Shown one piece after another: positions 24,269 to 37,047 of a DNA stretch of 64,000 bases. The stretch is from Neocallimastix sp. 'constans' (Eukaryota), in NCBI GenBank assembly GCA_050613775.1, contig JBODTK010000010.1, positions 124,001 to 188,000 of the forward strand, given 5' to 3'. A model generated the notes under the pieces. The model saw only the letters and a list, made by a program, of their open reading frames with translations. It ran no database searches and had not been told where the DNA came from. The translations under genes were made by a program, and so were the position numbers. Position 1 is the first letter of the stretch. Every line of letters begins with the position of its first letter.

Positions 24269-27163
24269 ATGAATTCATTTTCATTGCTATATATATTTGT
24301 TGCTTTTATTAACTATTCTCTTGTTGTATTAGCAAAAAATCATTATTATATTATTTCAATTAGAAGAAATGAATCTGATATAGAATATGATAAATCAACC
24401 AAAAACATTCAGTATGCCATTGATAACTTCGTCAATGATAGAATGAATGACATTTACAATATTATATATGAAAATGAAAATACCTATACATTAGACAATG
24501 GTAAAAAAGATTCAAAATTAGAAGAACTCAAATTATATAAGTTAGAAAAAAGAAGTAATTATAGAAAAAGGTTAATATTTAAGGATAGAAATAGAGTGAA
24601 AGATTACAAAACCAATGGCAATAAACGTTCAGTTGATACCAATGAAGTTGAAGAAATTGAAATTGAATCAGATCTAGTTAGTCCTATTTGTCCAATTTTA
24701 AATTATTATGCTGTAAGGGCATATTTATCTGATAATATAGTCGACATAGTTAAACAAATTCCAAATGTTATTGCTGTTGAAAGATCCAAAAAATTAAAAA
24801 ATGCTAGTCAATATAATTATTTTGATATTAAACAAATAAAAAAAGAAACTCATTGGTCTGATGTTAGTGTTCAAGAAAATAATTATCATATCAATGATCA
24901 TTTTACCCATTTATCTATACTTTCTCAAGATAAATACACTGAGAGTGATGATAGTAATTATGATTTCAATTATTATTATCCATCTACTGCTGGTAAAGGT
25001 ATCGACGTTTTTTTAATTGATAATGGTCTTTGGATAAATAATAATGATTTTGATACATATGAAGGAACTAAGGATCAACGAACCATAACTTGTGATGCTG
25101 TCATTAGTAATGGTATCATTAGTCCTACCGAGGATAAAAGTAAATGTATCATTAAAGAAACTAGGACTGACAGAACGCTTAGTGATGGTAGTTTTTATCC
25201 AGAACACGGTGTTATGACATCATCTGTTGTTGGTGGAACAACCTATGGTGTTGCTAAAAAAGCTAATATCCATATGATCGCTACAGAATATGAAACAATT
25301 GATGATTTAGCAGCTTTTGATTTTATTAAGCAAAAAGGTAAACCACATAAGACGGTCATTAATATATCACGTAGTGGTGAAGAAGAATTCAGTGATAGTA
25401 TCCAAAATAAGATAAATGAATTAACGGATTATGGTATTATCATATTTGTAGCTGCCGGAAATGATAGTTCTGACTGTTGTGAGATTAATGAAAATTATTT
25501 TGGTCTTTCGAAATATTCACATTTATATGGAAGTTATGAAAATGTTATTACAGTAGGAGCATTAGAATTTACACGTGAAAGAAATAAAAAAGACATTAGT
25601 AGAGCTTATTATTCAAATTATGGTCCATGTGTAGATGTTTATGCACCAGGAAAAGTTATTGCAGCTAATAGTTATAAAGGATACTCCAATTTTACCCTTG
25701 CTGAAGGAACTTCCTTCGCTACACCAATTGTTACTGGTGTGGCTGCTACTCTAATGTCTGAACATCCAGAAATTGATTTTACCTATCAATCTATGAAAAA
25801 ATTATTAATTGATATGTCAATAAAGGATGTCATTGACTATCTTCCTTCTGGTACTCCAAATCATCTTATTAATAATGGAAAGCATACCATTTATGAACCA
25901 TTTAAATGTAATGATCCATCAGGAAAATATAATTGTAAATCAGATTGCTGTGGTAAAAATGGTCGATGTGTTGATATTGATTCTTATTCCACTGAGGAAT
26001 GCATTATTGAAAATGGATGTCAAACAAAGTATGGTAAGTGTCTCAATCTTAATTACGAAGATCCAAAATTCACAAAGGAAGAGCGTAAACTAGTTGTGGT
26101 CCATCGATGCAAAGAAGAATTAAAACCTTTTGAAAAATGCATGTTCATCACGGTAAATAGATTTTATCGACCAATCATTTCTCCTGATAGGATAGATGGA
26201 TTTTGTGTAGATTTTAGAAAATATCATTGTCAAAACTTTTATTACGAGCCATATAAATATGCTCCAAGTTGTGAAGAAGCACAAAATTATGAGTACTTTA
26301 CATACTTGGACCGAGAATATGAAGAGGAAGAAAACATTATGATGGATAATTATGTACCAATTCCTTCAAGAGAATTAATTATTAATAGTTTATTCTGTGC
26401 TCGAGACTATCGTAATGGTAAGGAGGAATTATGCTCAGCTGCAAAAGTACTTTATACTTCTAAAGAAGAAAAATTCCGAATTGAAAATTGTTATTCTGAA
26501 GAATGTCGTCAAAGTTACCTTGAATTCGTAAATTATCAAATTCGTTCCAATGAAAGAATGGGATATAGAACTAAAGATTTAGTAGAATTAAGAGATTATT
26601 TGAATTCAGAAGAATGTCTCTCTGCAAAATTAAATGTAGGCCCAAAGGCTAATTCATCTACAACCACTGCTACTTCAACTACCACCACTACAGTTAAAAC
26701 TACTTCTTCTACCCTTCCAAATAAAACTACTAAAACCACCACCACTAAGAAAAATACAACTACCCTTCCAAAAACTACTACAAATAATAATAAAACCACC
26801 ACTAAGAAAAATACAACTACCCTTCCAAAAACTACTACTACTACTACTACTACTAATAAAACTACTACAAAGAAAAGTACTACTACTACTACCAACAAAT
26901 CTACCAAGAAAACCTCCCAAAAAATCAATAGTAAAACCACTAAAAAAGTCATTAAAAAAACCACAAAAAAAGTCATTACAAAAGTAAAAACCACTAAAAT
27001 TGTTAATAAAAATATACCAACTTCAACTGTAACTCATCGATGTGGACCAGAATTTGGACGTTGTGCCGAACCGGGAACTTGTTGTAGCAAAAAAAATTAC
27101 TGTGGTAAAACGAATAGTTATTGTGGGGTAGGCTGTCAACCAGCCTATGGTATTTGTAAATAA
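24269..27163 (+). CDS. Secreted S8 subtilisin-like protease with C-terminal CBM18 (hevein-type chitin-binding) domain
   Basis: Signal peptide; VFLIDNG, EHGVMTSS, AAGN, GTSFATP; YSNYGPCVDVYAPG; Thr-rich linker; terminal CGPEFGRC..CCSKKNYCGKTNSYCGVGCQPAYGIC. Confidence 0.95.
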   Translation: MNSFSLLYIFVAFINYSLVVLAKNHYYIISIRRNESDIEYDKSTKNIQYAIDNFVNDRMNDIYNIIYENENTYTLDNGKKDSKLEELKLYKLEKRSNYRKRLIFKDRNRVKDYKTNGNKRSVDTNEVEEIEIESDLVSPICPILNYYAVRAYLSDNIVDIVKQIPNVIAVERSKKLKNASQYNYFDIKQIKKETHWSDVSVQENNYHINDHFTHLSILSQDKYTESDDSNYDFNYYYPSTAGKGIDVFLIDNGLWINNNDFDTYEGTKDQRTITCDAVISNGIISPTEDKSKCIIKETRTDRTLSDGSFYPEHGVMTSSVVGGTTYGVAKKANIHMIATEYETIDDLAAFDFIKQKGKPHKTVINISRSGEEEFSDSIQNKINELTDYGIIIFVAAGNDSSDCCEINENYFGLSKYSHLYGSYENVITVGALEFTRERNKKDISRAYYSNYGPCVDVYAPGKVIAANSYKGYSNFTLAEGTSFATPIVTGVAATLMSEHPEIDFTYQSMKKLLIDMSIKDVIDYLPSGTPNHLINNGKHTIYEPFKCNDPSGKYNCKSDCCGKNGRCVDIDSYSTEECIIENGCQTKYGKCLNLNYEDPKFTKEERKLVVVHRCKEELKPFEKCMFITVNRFYRPIISPDRIDGFCVDFRKYHCQNFYYEPYKYAPSCEEAQNYEYFTYLDREYEEEENIMMDNYVPIPSRELIINSLFCARDYRNGKEELCSAAKVLYTSKEEKFRIENCYSEECRQSYLEFVNYQIRSNERMGYRTKDLVELRDYLNSEECLSAKLNVGPKANSSTTTATSTTTTTVKTTSSTLPNKTTKTTTTKKNTTTLPKTTTNNNKTTTKKNTTTLPKTTTTTTTTNKTTTKKSTTTTTNKSTKKTSQKINSKTTKKVIKKTTKKVITKVKTTKIVNKNIPTSTVTHRCGPEFGRCAEPGTCCSKKNYCGKTNSYCGVGCQPAYGICK

Positions 27164-27262
27164 ATTTATTATTAATACTATTTATAATAATAATAATTAT
27201 TAAAAAAAAAAAAATAAAAAAATAAAAAAATAAAATAGTAAAAAATAACTAATTAAATATAC

Positions 27263-27299
<37 letters not shown>

Positions 27300-27549
27300 T
27301 AAGTATAAATATAAATATAATAATGTATAAAACATATAAAACATTATTAATCCGTAATAGTATTAAAAGTAATATAAAAAATATTTTTTAAATATACAAA
27401 TTAATAATATAAAAAAAATATATATATATAATAGAAATAATATACTAATTAAGTAGTAATCCCCAATATATAAAAATCATCAAAATAATAATTTAATATT
27501 AGTAATTTTAATTAGTATTTTTTTTTTTTTAATAAAATATTATTCCTAG

Positions 27550-27592
<43 letters not shown>

Positions 27593-28669
27593 TAATTAAA
27601 ACTATTAAAGTAATAATAATAATCAAAATAATTTAATTATTTTTAATTATTGTTAAAAAAAAAATAATAATAATCATAATAGATATAGGTGTTTATTTAT
27701 TTATTATTTTTATTTTAATATTATTTTTTTTATAAAAATAAATATTTTAATAAAGTAAAATAAAGTATAATATAATAATAATAAAATAATAATAATTTAA
27801 TAATAAAATAATAATTTAAGAATTTATATTTATTAAAGTACATTAATTATTATAAATAAAAAACATAAAAAGAAAAAGAAAAATAAAATAACAAAAATAA
27901 AAAGAAAATTAAAAAGAAAAATAAAATAACAAAAATAAAAAGAAAAAGAAAAAGAAAAAAAATTACAAAAAAAAAAAAAAAAAAAAAAAAAAAATAATAA
28001 TAATAATTAATATATATTAAAATAAAATAAGTAAAAATGTAAAAAAAAAAAAAAAAAAAAAAATTAACTAAATAAAAAATTTAAATTAAATGAATAATTT
28101 TTTTCTTTAAAAAAAAAAAAAAAAGCTTTTTTTATAACTTATTAAATTATTGAATTCTGATTTTTTTTTTATTTTTATTTTTTTATTTTTTAAAGTAGTT
28201 GTTATTAAATATATAAAGATATAATATCTAAATGATGATACAGAGTATAGGTGAAATTCTAATAATTTAAAAACATAAATAACATAATTAGATATAAATA
28301 TTATTAGTATTAGTATTAGTATTTTAAATTTAGTATTTTTTTTTTTTTTATTATATTTTTCATAACATTAAAAAAAAAAAGTTTCATATAATAAACCTTT
28401 TATTGAAAAAGAATACTTTTTATCAATAATAATAAAAACATGTGTATAACGTGTATATATATATTACTTTTATAATTTAAAAAATAAAAAATAAATGAAA
28501 AAAGTTAAAAATATAATAATATAAAAAAATAAAAATTAAAAAATAAAAAATATAATAAAGAAATAAATAAAAAATTTATATATATATACAAAAATATAAA
28601 AAATTAAAATTAAAAAATATAAAATATAAAGAAATAAAGAAATATAAAAAATAAAATAAAATAAAATAA

Positions 28670-30505
28670 AATAAATAGTAGAATATAAGTATAAAATACA
28701 AATTGAATAAAATAAAATAAAATAAAATAAAATAAATAGTAGAATATAAGTATAAAGTACAAATTGAATAAAATAAAATAAAATAAAATAAAATAAATAG
28801 TAGAATATAAGTATAAAGTACAAATTGAATAAAATAAAATAAAATAAAATAAAATAAAATAAAATAAAATAAAATAAAATAAAATAAAATAAAATAAAAT
28901 AAAATAAAATAAAATAAAATAAAATAAAATAAAATAAAATAAAATAAAATAAAATAAAATAAAATAAAATAAAATAAAATAAAATAAAATAAAATAAAAT
29001 AAAATAAAATAAAATAAAATAAAATAAATAGTAGAATATGAATATAATTAAAGTACAAATTGAATAAAATAAAATAAAATAAAATAAAATAAAATAAAAT
29101 AAAATAAAATAAAATAAAATAAAATAAAATAAAATAAAATAAAATAAAATAAATAGTAGAATATGAATATAATTAAAGTACAAATTGAATAAAATAAAAT
29201 AAAATAAAATAAAATAAAATAAAATAAAATAAAATAAAATAAAATAAAATAAAATAAAATAAAATAAAATAAAATAAAATAAAATAAAATAAAATAAAAT
29301 AAAATAAAATAAAATAAAATAAAATAAAATAAAATAAAATAAAATAAAATAAAATAAAATAAAATAAAATAAAATAAAATAAAATAAAATAAAATAAAAT
29401 AAAATAAAATAAAATAAAATAAAATAAAATAAAATAAAATAAAATAAAATAAAATAAAATAAAATAAAATAAAATAAAATAGTATAATATGGATATAATT
29501 AAAGTACAGATTGAATAAAATAAAATAAAATAAATAGTAGAATATGAATATAATTAAAGTACAGATTGAATAAAATAAAATAAATAGTAGAATATAAATA
29601 TAAGTACAGATTGAATAAAATAAAATAAAATAAATAGTAGAATATGAATATAATTAAAGTACAGATTGAATAAAATAAAATAAAATAAATAGTAGAATAT
29701 GAATATAATTAAAGTACAGATTGAATAAAATAAAATAAAATAAATAGTAGAATATAAATATAAGTACAGATTGAATAAAATAAAATAAAATAAATAGTAG
29801 AATATGAATATAATTAAAGTACAGATTGAATAAAATAAAATAAAATAAAATAAAATAAATAGTAGAAGATGAATATAATTAAAGTACAGATTGAATAAAA
29901 TAAAATAAAATAAAATAAAATAAATAGTAGAAGATGAATATAATTAAAGTACAGATTGAATAAAATAAAATAAAATAAAATAAAATAATAGAATATGAAT
30001 ATAATTAAAGTACAGATTGAATAAAATAAAATAAAATAAAATAAAATAAAATAAAATAAAATAAAATAAAATAAAATAAAATAAAATAAAATAAAATAAA
30101 ATAAAATAAAATAAAATAAAATAAAATAAAATAAAATAATAGAATATGAATATAATTAAAGTACAGATTGAATAAAATAAAATAAAATAAAATAAAATAA
30201 AATAAAATAAAATAAAATAAAATAATAGAATATGAATATAATTAAAGTACAGATTGAATAAAATAAAATAAAATAAAATAAAATAAAATAAAATAAAATA
30301 AAATAAAATAATAGAATATGAATATATTTAAAGTACAGATTGAATAAAATAAAATAAAATAAAATAAAATAAAATAAAATAAAATAAAATAGTAGAATAT
30401 GAATATATTTAAAGTACAGATTGAATAAAATAAAATAAAATAAAATAAAATAAAATAAAATAAAATAAAATAAAATAAAATAAAATAAAATAAAATAAAA
30501 TAAAA
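28670..30505. repeat. Satellite: ~35-bp core (AGTAGAATATGAATATAATTAAAGTACAGATTGAA) alternating with variable (TAAAA)n
   Basis: About 19 cores with a few sequence variants, spacers from two to dozens of pentamers. Confidence 0.95.
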
Positions 30506-30538
30506 ATAAAAATATAAAAATTTAAAATATAAAAATAT

Positions 30539-30580
<42 letters not shown>

Positions 30581-31259
30581 AAAATATAAAATTATAAAAA
30601 TATAAAATTATAAAAATATAAAATTATAAAAAAATAAAAAAAAAAAAAAAATGAATATATGTTTTATAATTATTAAATAAATTTTTACCACTAAAATATT
30701 TACATTTTTTTAAAAATATAAATAAATAATTAAATAGTATATTTTATATTTTTAATAATATGATTATATTTTTCTTTTTTATTCTAAAAAATCAGTAATA
30801 TAGATTTATATTTAAAAAATTCAAATTTATATTTTAGATAATTAATATCTTCAAAGAAGAAGTTTTATATTATAAATTATTATTTTTGTTATTATTATTT
30901 TATTTTTTTTTTTTAAATAAAATTTTATTCCAAAAAATTAATTTTTTTTTTTAAAAACAAAACGTTTTAAAAAATATTAAATTTATAACAATCAAATATA
31001 TTGATTGATATTATATATACTACTACTTTCTAATTTAAACTTTTTTTATTTTTTTTTTATGTTATTTTTTAACATTTAACTATATATTTATCTTCATATA
31101 ATGAATAAATGATATAATTATCATATCGTTTCCATATTTAGCTAAAACAAACTAAGGATGCGTTATCAACTACCATTAGACAATATTTATCATTAATTTT
31201 TAGATGAAAATGCTCATCAACCACTATTAGATGATTTTTTTTATAATTAAATTTTTAAA

Positions 31260-31900
31260 TGGAAATGTACACATTGTGAATGCAGAGAATATCCCAAAGA
31301 GAAAAGAGAATGACGTCACAATAAGCCAATGTAATTGGAGAACCTAAGATACCATCAGAAATGTATGTTTTTATTCATTTTTTTTTTATTCATTTTTTTA
31401 CATTGTACAAATAGTAAGTTTCAATTCTAACAATTGGAGTTAAGTACGTTAGGGGTAAAAAATAGTAATTTCCGTACCAAATATACCTCACCATTGATCA
31501 TTTTAGTTACCCCATTGACCATCACTGTCAATAGTAATAACAATAGCATTTGGATCAGAGCAACATGGTTAATCTAAAGCTTCAAAAAAACCAAAAAAAA
31601 AAAAAAAAAGAGTACTTAGAGTTGGATTGTGATCCCCAAGTGTAGAACTTTTTTCAGTATCAGTCTTAGCAAATGTATTTTAGTTCAATTTCAATCTCAT
31701 TGTTTTGTACATATCCTTTTTCATTTAATACACCAATATAGCTATCAGTGACTGTAGGAGTTAACGGGGTTGAAAATTCACCAAAAAAAATTTTTTAATC
31801 AGGATTATTCCAATTCTTCCAAACAATTTCTCTCTATTATAGAATCAACAATTTTTTACCATTCTAGCTCCCAAGTGTTCCATTCAGATCATTCGTCCTT
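31260..31900 (-). pseudogene. Remnant of a dockerin-bearing (cellulosome-type) gene
   Basis: Reverse strand at about 31590-31483 reads EALD*PCCSDPNAIVITIDSDGQWG/KNDQW*GI, matching the fungal dockerin pattern GYPCC...DxDGxWGxENxxWCGI with stops and a frameshift; boundaries approximate. Confidence 0.75.
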
Positions 31901-31935
31901 GCTTGTTTCATAATTCATAAAGTTTTTATTATTAG

Positions 31936-31992
<57 letters not shown>

Positions 31993-32103
31993 GCTTGTTC
32001 ATATCAATACTACTACTATCTTTACTTTTATAAATTGTTTGTATATTTTGAGGGTATGAAAAATCTAAAATAAACTTTATAAAAATTAAATACAGCATAT
32101 ATT

Positions 32104-32152
<49 letters not shown>

Positions 32153-32284
32153 TTTTCAACTCACTCTATAAAAAATATATAATGTTTTAAGTATTAAATT
32201 AAAAACTAAATATTTTTTATTATTATGTTATTAATTTAGTTGTGGTCTCCTCTCAAAATATTAAATTTGTGACTTTCTTATATT

Positions 32285-32490
32285 GTATATAATTTCACAT
32301 ACATAATATAGTGGTTCAGGATATTAATTTTAAAAATTCATGTATTGTTAATATATGGACAGATTTAGTTAATTAAAAAAAAAATATTATATAATTTCAT
32401 ATACATAATACATAATATAGTGGTTCAGAAGATAAATTTTAAAAATTCATCTATTATTAATATGTTGACAATTTTAATTAATTAAAAAAA
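32285..32490. repeat. Imperfect direct duplication (~105-110 bp x2)
   Basis: cataatatagtggttcag...ttttaaaaattcat occurs twice. Confidence 0.75.
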
Positions 32491-32918
32491 AAAAAAAATA
32501 ATAATAAAATAAAATAAAATTTAAAGATTATAATATAATAAAACAAATTTAATTAATTATTTTTTTATTTTTTTTTTTTTTTTTTATTTTTTTATTTTTT
32601 TATTTTTTGTTATATTCGTACTACTTTAATTATTATAAATTAAAGTTTTAAGTAGTACAATTTAAATATTATATTCTATCCTAATTTTTTTTTTTTTTTT
32701 TTTTTTATTTATTTTTATTATAAATAACATTAAAATTATTCAAATAAAAATTTTTAAATTCAAAAAAATTTTTTTAAAAATTATAATAATAATAATAATA
32801 ATAATAATAAGTTGAAAGTAGTTAAATTAAATAAAAAAGGATTTCTACTTCTATATATATAATAAAAATTTTTATTTTATTTACTATTTTATATATAAAC
32901 AGAAAAAGTAAAAAAAAA

Positions 32919-33597
32919 ATGAAATTCTTTAATTTTTATTTTTGTTTAATAATTGCTATTTCATCTTATGCCCACAATATTAATATTAAAAGAAATATTT
33001 CCTTAGATGAAGATGCCTTATGGGAAGGAATAAGTAAAGAATGTGATGAAGAATTAGAAAATACTGAATATTCTGAATGCATGACAAAAGTAACTCTAAA
33101 TAATTATAAGCAATTTTGTCCAGCTATTAAAACCGAAAAATGTCAAAAGTTTTATGAAAATCCAATGAATTATTTACCTGCTTGTAAAAATTGAAGAGTT
33201 ATTTCAGTCAACTTTTATGGAAATGTCAAAAATATCCTATGAATTAGAATGTGCATTAGATGAGAATGGTGATTTATGTCCAATAGCTATGGCTATGATT
33301 TTAAAGGATAGTGGAAATGAAATTTTAGAAGATACTTGTAAATCAAAGGCTTGCACAGATACTGCCATTAAAGTATATAAGGGTTTTACTGTAGATAATT
33401 TATCAAACCTTCAAGAATTATCATTTACTGGTGGATCTTTTAGCTACAATGAAATAACTTCAATGAGTAAACTAGTCAAGGCATTAGAGTCTGATAAATG
33501 TAAATCTCAACATGTTAAAAGTAATGCTAGTAACATTAAAACCAATACTTCTTTATTATTCTCTTTGCTTTTATTATTATTATTATTATTATTTTAA
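32919..33597 (+). pseudogene. Secreted, probably GPI-anchored 10-Cys protein, split by a frameshift near 33190
   Basis: Signal peptide and IKR site in ORF 32919-33194; continuation EELFQSTFMEM... in the +1 frame; C-terminal SNAS...SLLFSLLLLLLLLLF; no plausible intron at the junction; could be an assembly indel. Confidence 0.75.
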
Positions 33598-35012
33598 TAG
33601 TCATATTTAAATATTCTACTAAATAAATAGAAAAGTATAACCTATCGTTAAATCACTTATAATGCTTTATTAAATATTATTTTCAAAAATTTAATAACGA
33701 AAATAAATAAATAAGTTAAATAAATAAATAAGTTAAATAAATAAATAAACTAAATAAATAAATAAATTAAATAAATAAATAATTTAAAAAATAAATAAAC
33801 TAAATAAATAAACTAAATAAATAAATAAATAAATTAGATAAAATAAATAAACAATATTATCATAATATAAATAAATAAATAAATAATTATTAGATTAATT
33901 AAATAAAAAAATTTTTTAATTTCATTATTAATTGTGTGACAATACTCGTTTGTGTTTATCGAACTCAATAATAGAAAGGGATTTCCCCCCCTCCCTCCCA
34001 TCCATCTTCAGGGATGTATCTTTCTTCTATCAGATTTTTTTTTTTTTAAGGAACAAATCATAATAAATTCTGTGATACCAAAGGTGATAATAAAAAATCC
34101 AAACATCGCTTAATGAATGTTTTAGTACAATTTTCTATATAAAATCTTTAAAATTTCAAATATAAAAATTGAACTTAACATATATGTAAAATTTATATAA
34201 ATTATAATATATTATTTATATAAGTTTAATTTTTGAATTTTACGAAATGTAAGACTTATTGTGCATTTTGTAATGTGGCGTGTTTTATATGTGGCTTGTT
34301 TTTAATAATTAAATGAATAATAAATATTCTTTTTTTTTTGTATATAAAATAAATATAATTAACAATATCAACATAAATATAACGACATAATCAATATCAA
34401 CATAAATATAACAACATAATCGGGATCAATAATGACAATATTTTTAAAATAAAATATAAAATATAATATTTTTTAGAAATAAAAGTTATATTTACAATAT
34501 AAATATTATTTATTTTTATGATTAATTTTTTAAAATATAATATTTTTTAAAAATAAAAGTTATATCTACAATTAAAATATTATTTTTGTGATTAATTTAA
34601 TATTATACAATTGTATTATATAAAATAAATTAAAATGATTAGTTATATTTATAATTAAAAAATTAATTATCTTTATTCAATTTATTTTTTTTTTTTTTTT
34701 TTTTAAATTTTATTTTATTTTATTTTTATTTTATTTTATTTTTATTTTATTTTATTTTATTTTTATTTAATTTCTTTTTTATTTTATTTTTTGCTTATTT
34801 TAAATTATTTCAAATTCTTTAAATTATTTATATTTGAAAATTTTATATATATATATTTTTTTTTTCAAAAAAAAAGTACGTAAGTGTTAAGAAGAATTAA
34901 GAAAGGGAAATGGATTTATTGAATACTCTTCCATCAAACAAAAATGGAAATCTATGCAAATTTAACACACCTTTAAACCAAGCTTCACTGTGATTTTAAA
35001 ATTTTACAAACT

Positions 35013-35153
35013 TTATAAAATCATTTGGATAATATATAGCTTTACATATACTATAAAATCATTTGGATAATATATATACTTTAGATATATTATAAAATCA
35101 TTCGGATAATGTATAGCTTTAGATATACTATAAAATCATTTGGATAATGTATA
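35013..35153. repeat. ~38-40 bp minisatellite x4
   Basis: tataaaatcatttggataat...ctttagatata repeated four times. Confidence 0.85.
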
Positions 35154-35279
35154 CGATAGTAGGAAAGCATAGAAATGGGTAAAAAAAAAAAAAAAAGAAT
35201 TCAAAAAATACATAATTAATCTTTTAGAATCTTTCATCCTATTAAAAAAAAAAAAAAAAAAGTAACAATGAACTAATTT

Positions 35280-35657
35280 CTTCTACAGGTGAAAAATTAA
35301 AAAGCTTAGCAATTCTCATTAACCAAGATAATTAAAGATGAAGAAATTAGTGAGACAATCTCATCTACCCCTAACTTAAAAAGAAGCTTGTTGGTCCTGA
35401 TGATATTCCAATGGAACTCTTCAAAGCTTTGATTCCTTGGTAAAAAATGTTTCAGAAGGAATCTAGTGAAAATAATAGTAATAATTTTTATCATGTTTTT
35501 TTTTTTAATTTTTTAACTGTCTTAAAGCCTTACTCAATCGTATTTGGAATGGTGATCTTTCCAAAATTATGGAATAACGAATTGATGGTTTCTATTCATA
35601 AAAAGGGCAATCCAGCAGATTGTAATAACTATGGTGACATCTCTCTTATCAATAAAG

Positions 35658-35703
<46 letters not shown>

Positions 35704-35874
35704 ATAGTTAAAATCATAGCTAATAGAATTTTTCTAAATATGGCAATGATCTAAAAGACTCGTTAGACCTGAACACTATGAATTTCTTAACCGAGAAGAA
35801 ATGCATATGAGTCTTTTACACTTCATTAAGAATTATATGTCAGAGACAAAAAATTTGAAAATAAAGATACTTAA

Positions 35875-35906
<32 letters not shown>

Positions 35907-36850
35907 TGGATCTTTTAAAAAGGCGTATGACTCAGTTCCCATGTATAATTGTATAATGTACTAATGAAAATTCATCACTTAGGTATCAGAGGTAAGTGGC
36001 GATAAAGCCATAAAATTTATTGAAAACTTTATCAGTTATACTTATCTTCCAAGGCTTGTGTAAAGGTTGATGGGTAATTATCGGAATCATTTAGCATAAA
36101 AAAAAAGGTGCTCGTCAAGATTGTTCTCCTTTTCACCAATTTTGTTTAACTTGTTTATTAAAATGATAATTTTAATAAAAATATGATAAATATGGAATCT
36201 CTATTAGTGATAGATGTTGTTGTGGAGGTCTCTTTGCAGATGGCATTGTGTTATATATGCTTCAACAAAGATTCTTAACTTAAGAAATTGTTAAAATTAG
36301 CCAATAGATGGGCTGGCACTAATGAAATGAAATTTGGTAAAATGTACAAGTTTAGTAGTATGAGGAAAAGTTTCAAGATTTCTTAATAATAATAATCCTA
36401 CTTTTTTTTTTTTTTATCTTTCAAGTCAAAAGTTACCTTAAAAACAAATTTGCTATACCTACTTTTAGATATAGTGTTTTTTAAATGATTTTAGAATTGA
36501 AACCTATCGTATAGAGAATGAATAATAAAATTAGAAAAGCACCACTTTATTTCATTAAAGAATTTCTTAAGAATCCTCATATTCCTATCCCTTATAAACG
36601 AATGTTATTTTCAGCTATAGTAATTTGGCAAATATCGTATTATATACTTTTAATTGGAATCAAACAAAAGAAAAACAAAGAAAGAACGAGAAGTACAGAG
36701 ATACCGGTTAATTCAGGATTATACTGGATTGAAAGGATTTTTCTAATGGGAATAGCTTTACATCCCTCTACACTGTGTTTCTTAAAGAACTTAATATTCC
36801 TCCTCTCTTTTTTTCAGGCCGAATGCGCGATCGCTCAGGCAAAGTGTTTC

Positions 36851-36882
<32 letters not shown>

Positions 36883-37005
36883 TAGAAAAACTCGAAATGT
36901 ATTATCTCTCATTTACTTAAAGATATATCACGTTGTAGGCATCATATACATGGGATAAATGAAAATAAAAAAAATTTTATCAGATAAATTAGATAAAATT
37001 TTCAT

Positions 37006-37047
<42 letters not shown>

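Noticed and set aside
21393..26994. Val-rich minus-strand ORFs
   Set aside because: Antisense of the Thr-rich linkers.
28536..30505. CRISPR array or FILFY-repeat proteins
   Set aside because: Spacers are pure TAAAA runs of unequal length, there are no cas genes, and the ORFs are repeat artefacts.
32300..32440. tRNA-like TAGTGGTT motif
   Set aside because: No cloverleaf or T-loop (GTTCRA) at suitable spacing.
33180..33200. Intron repairing the frameshift
   Set aside because: The GT...AG spans available at the junction are only 13-15 nt, too short for a spliceosomal intron.
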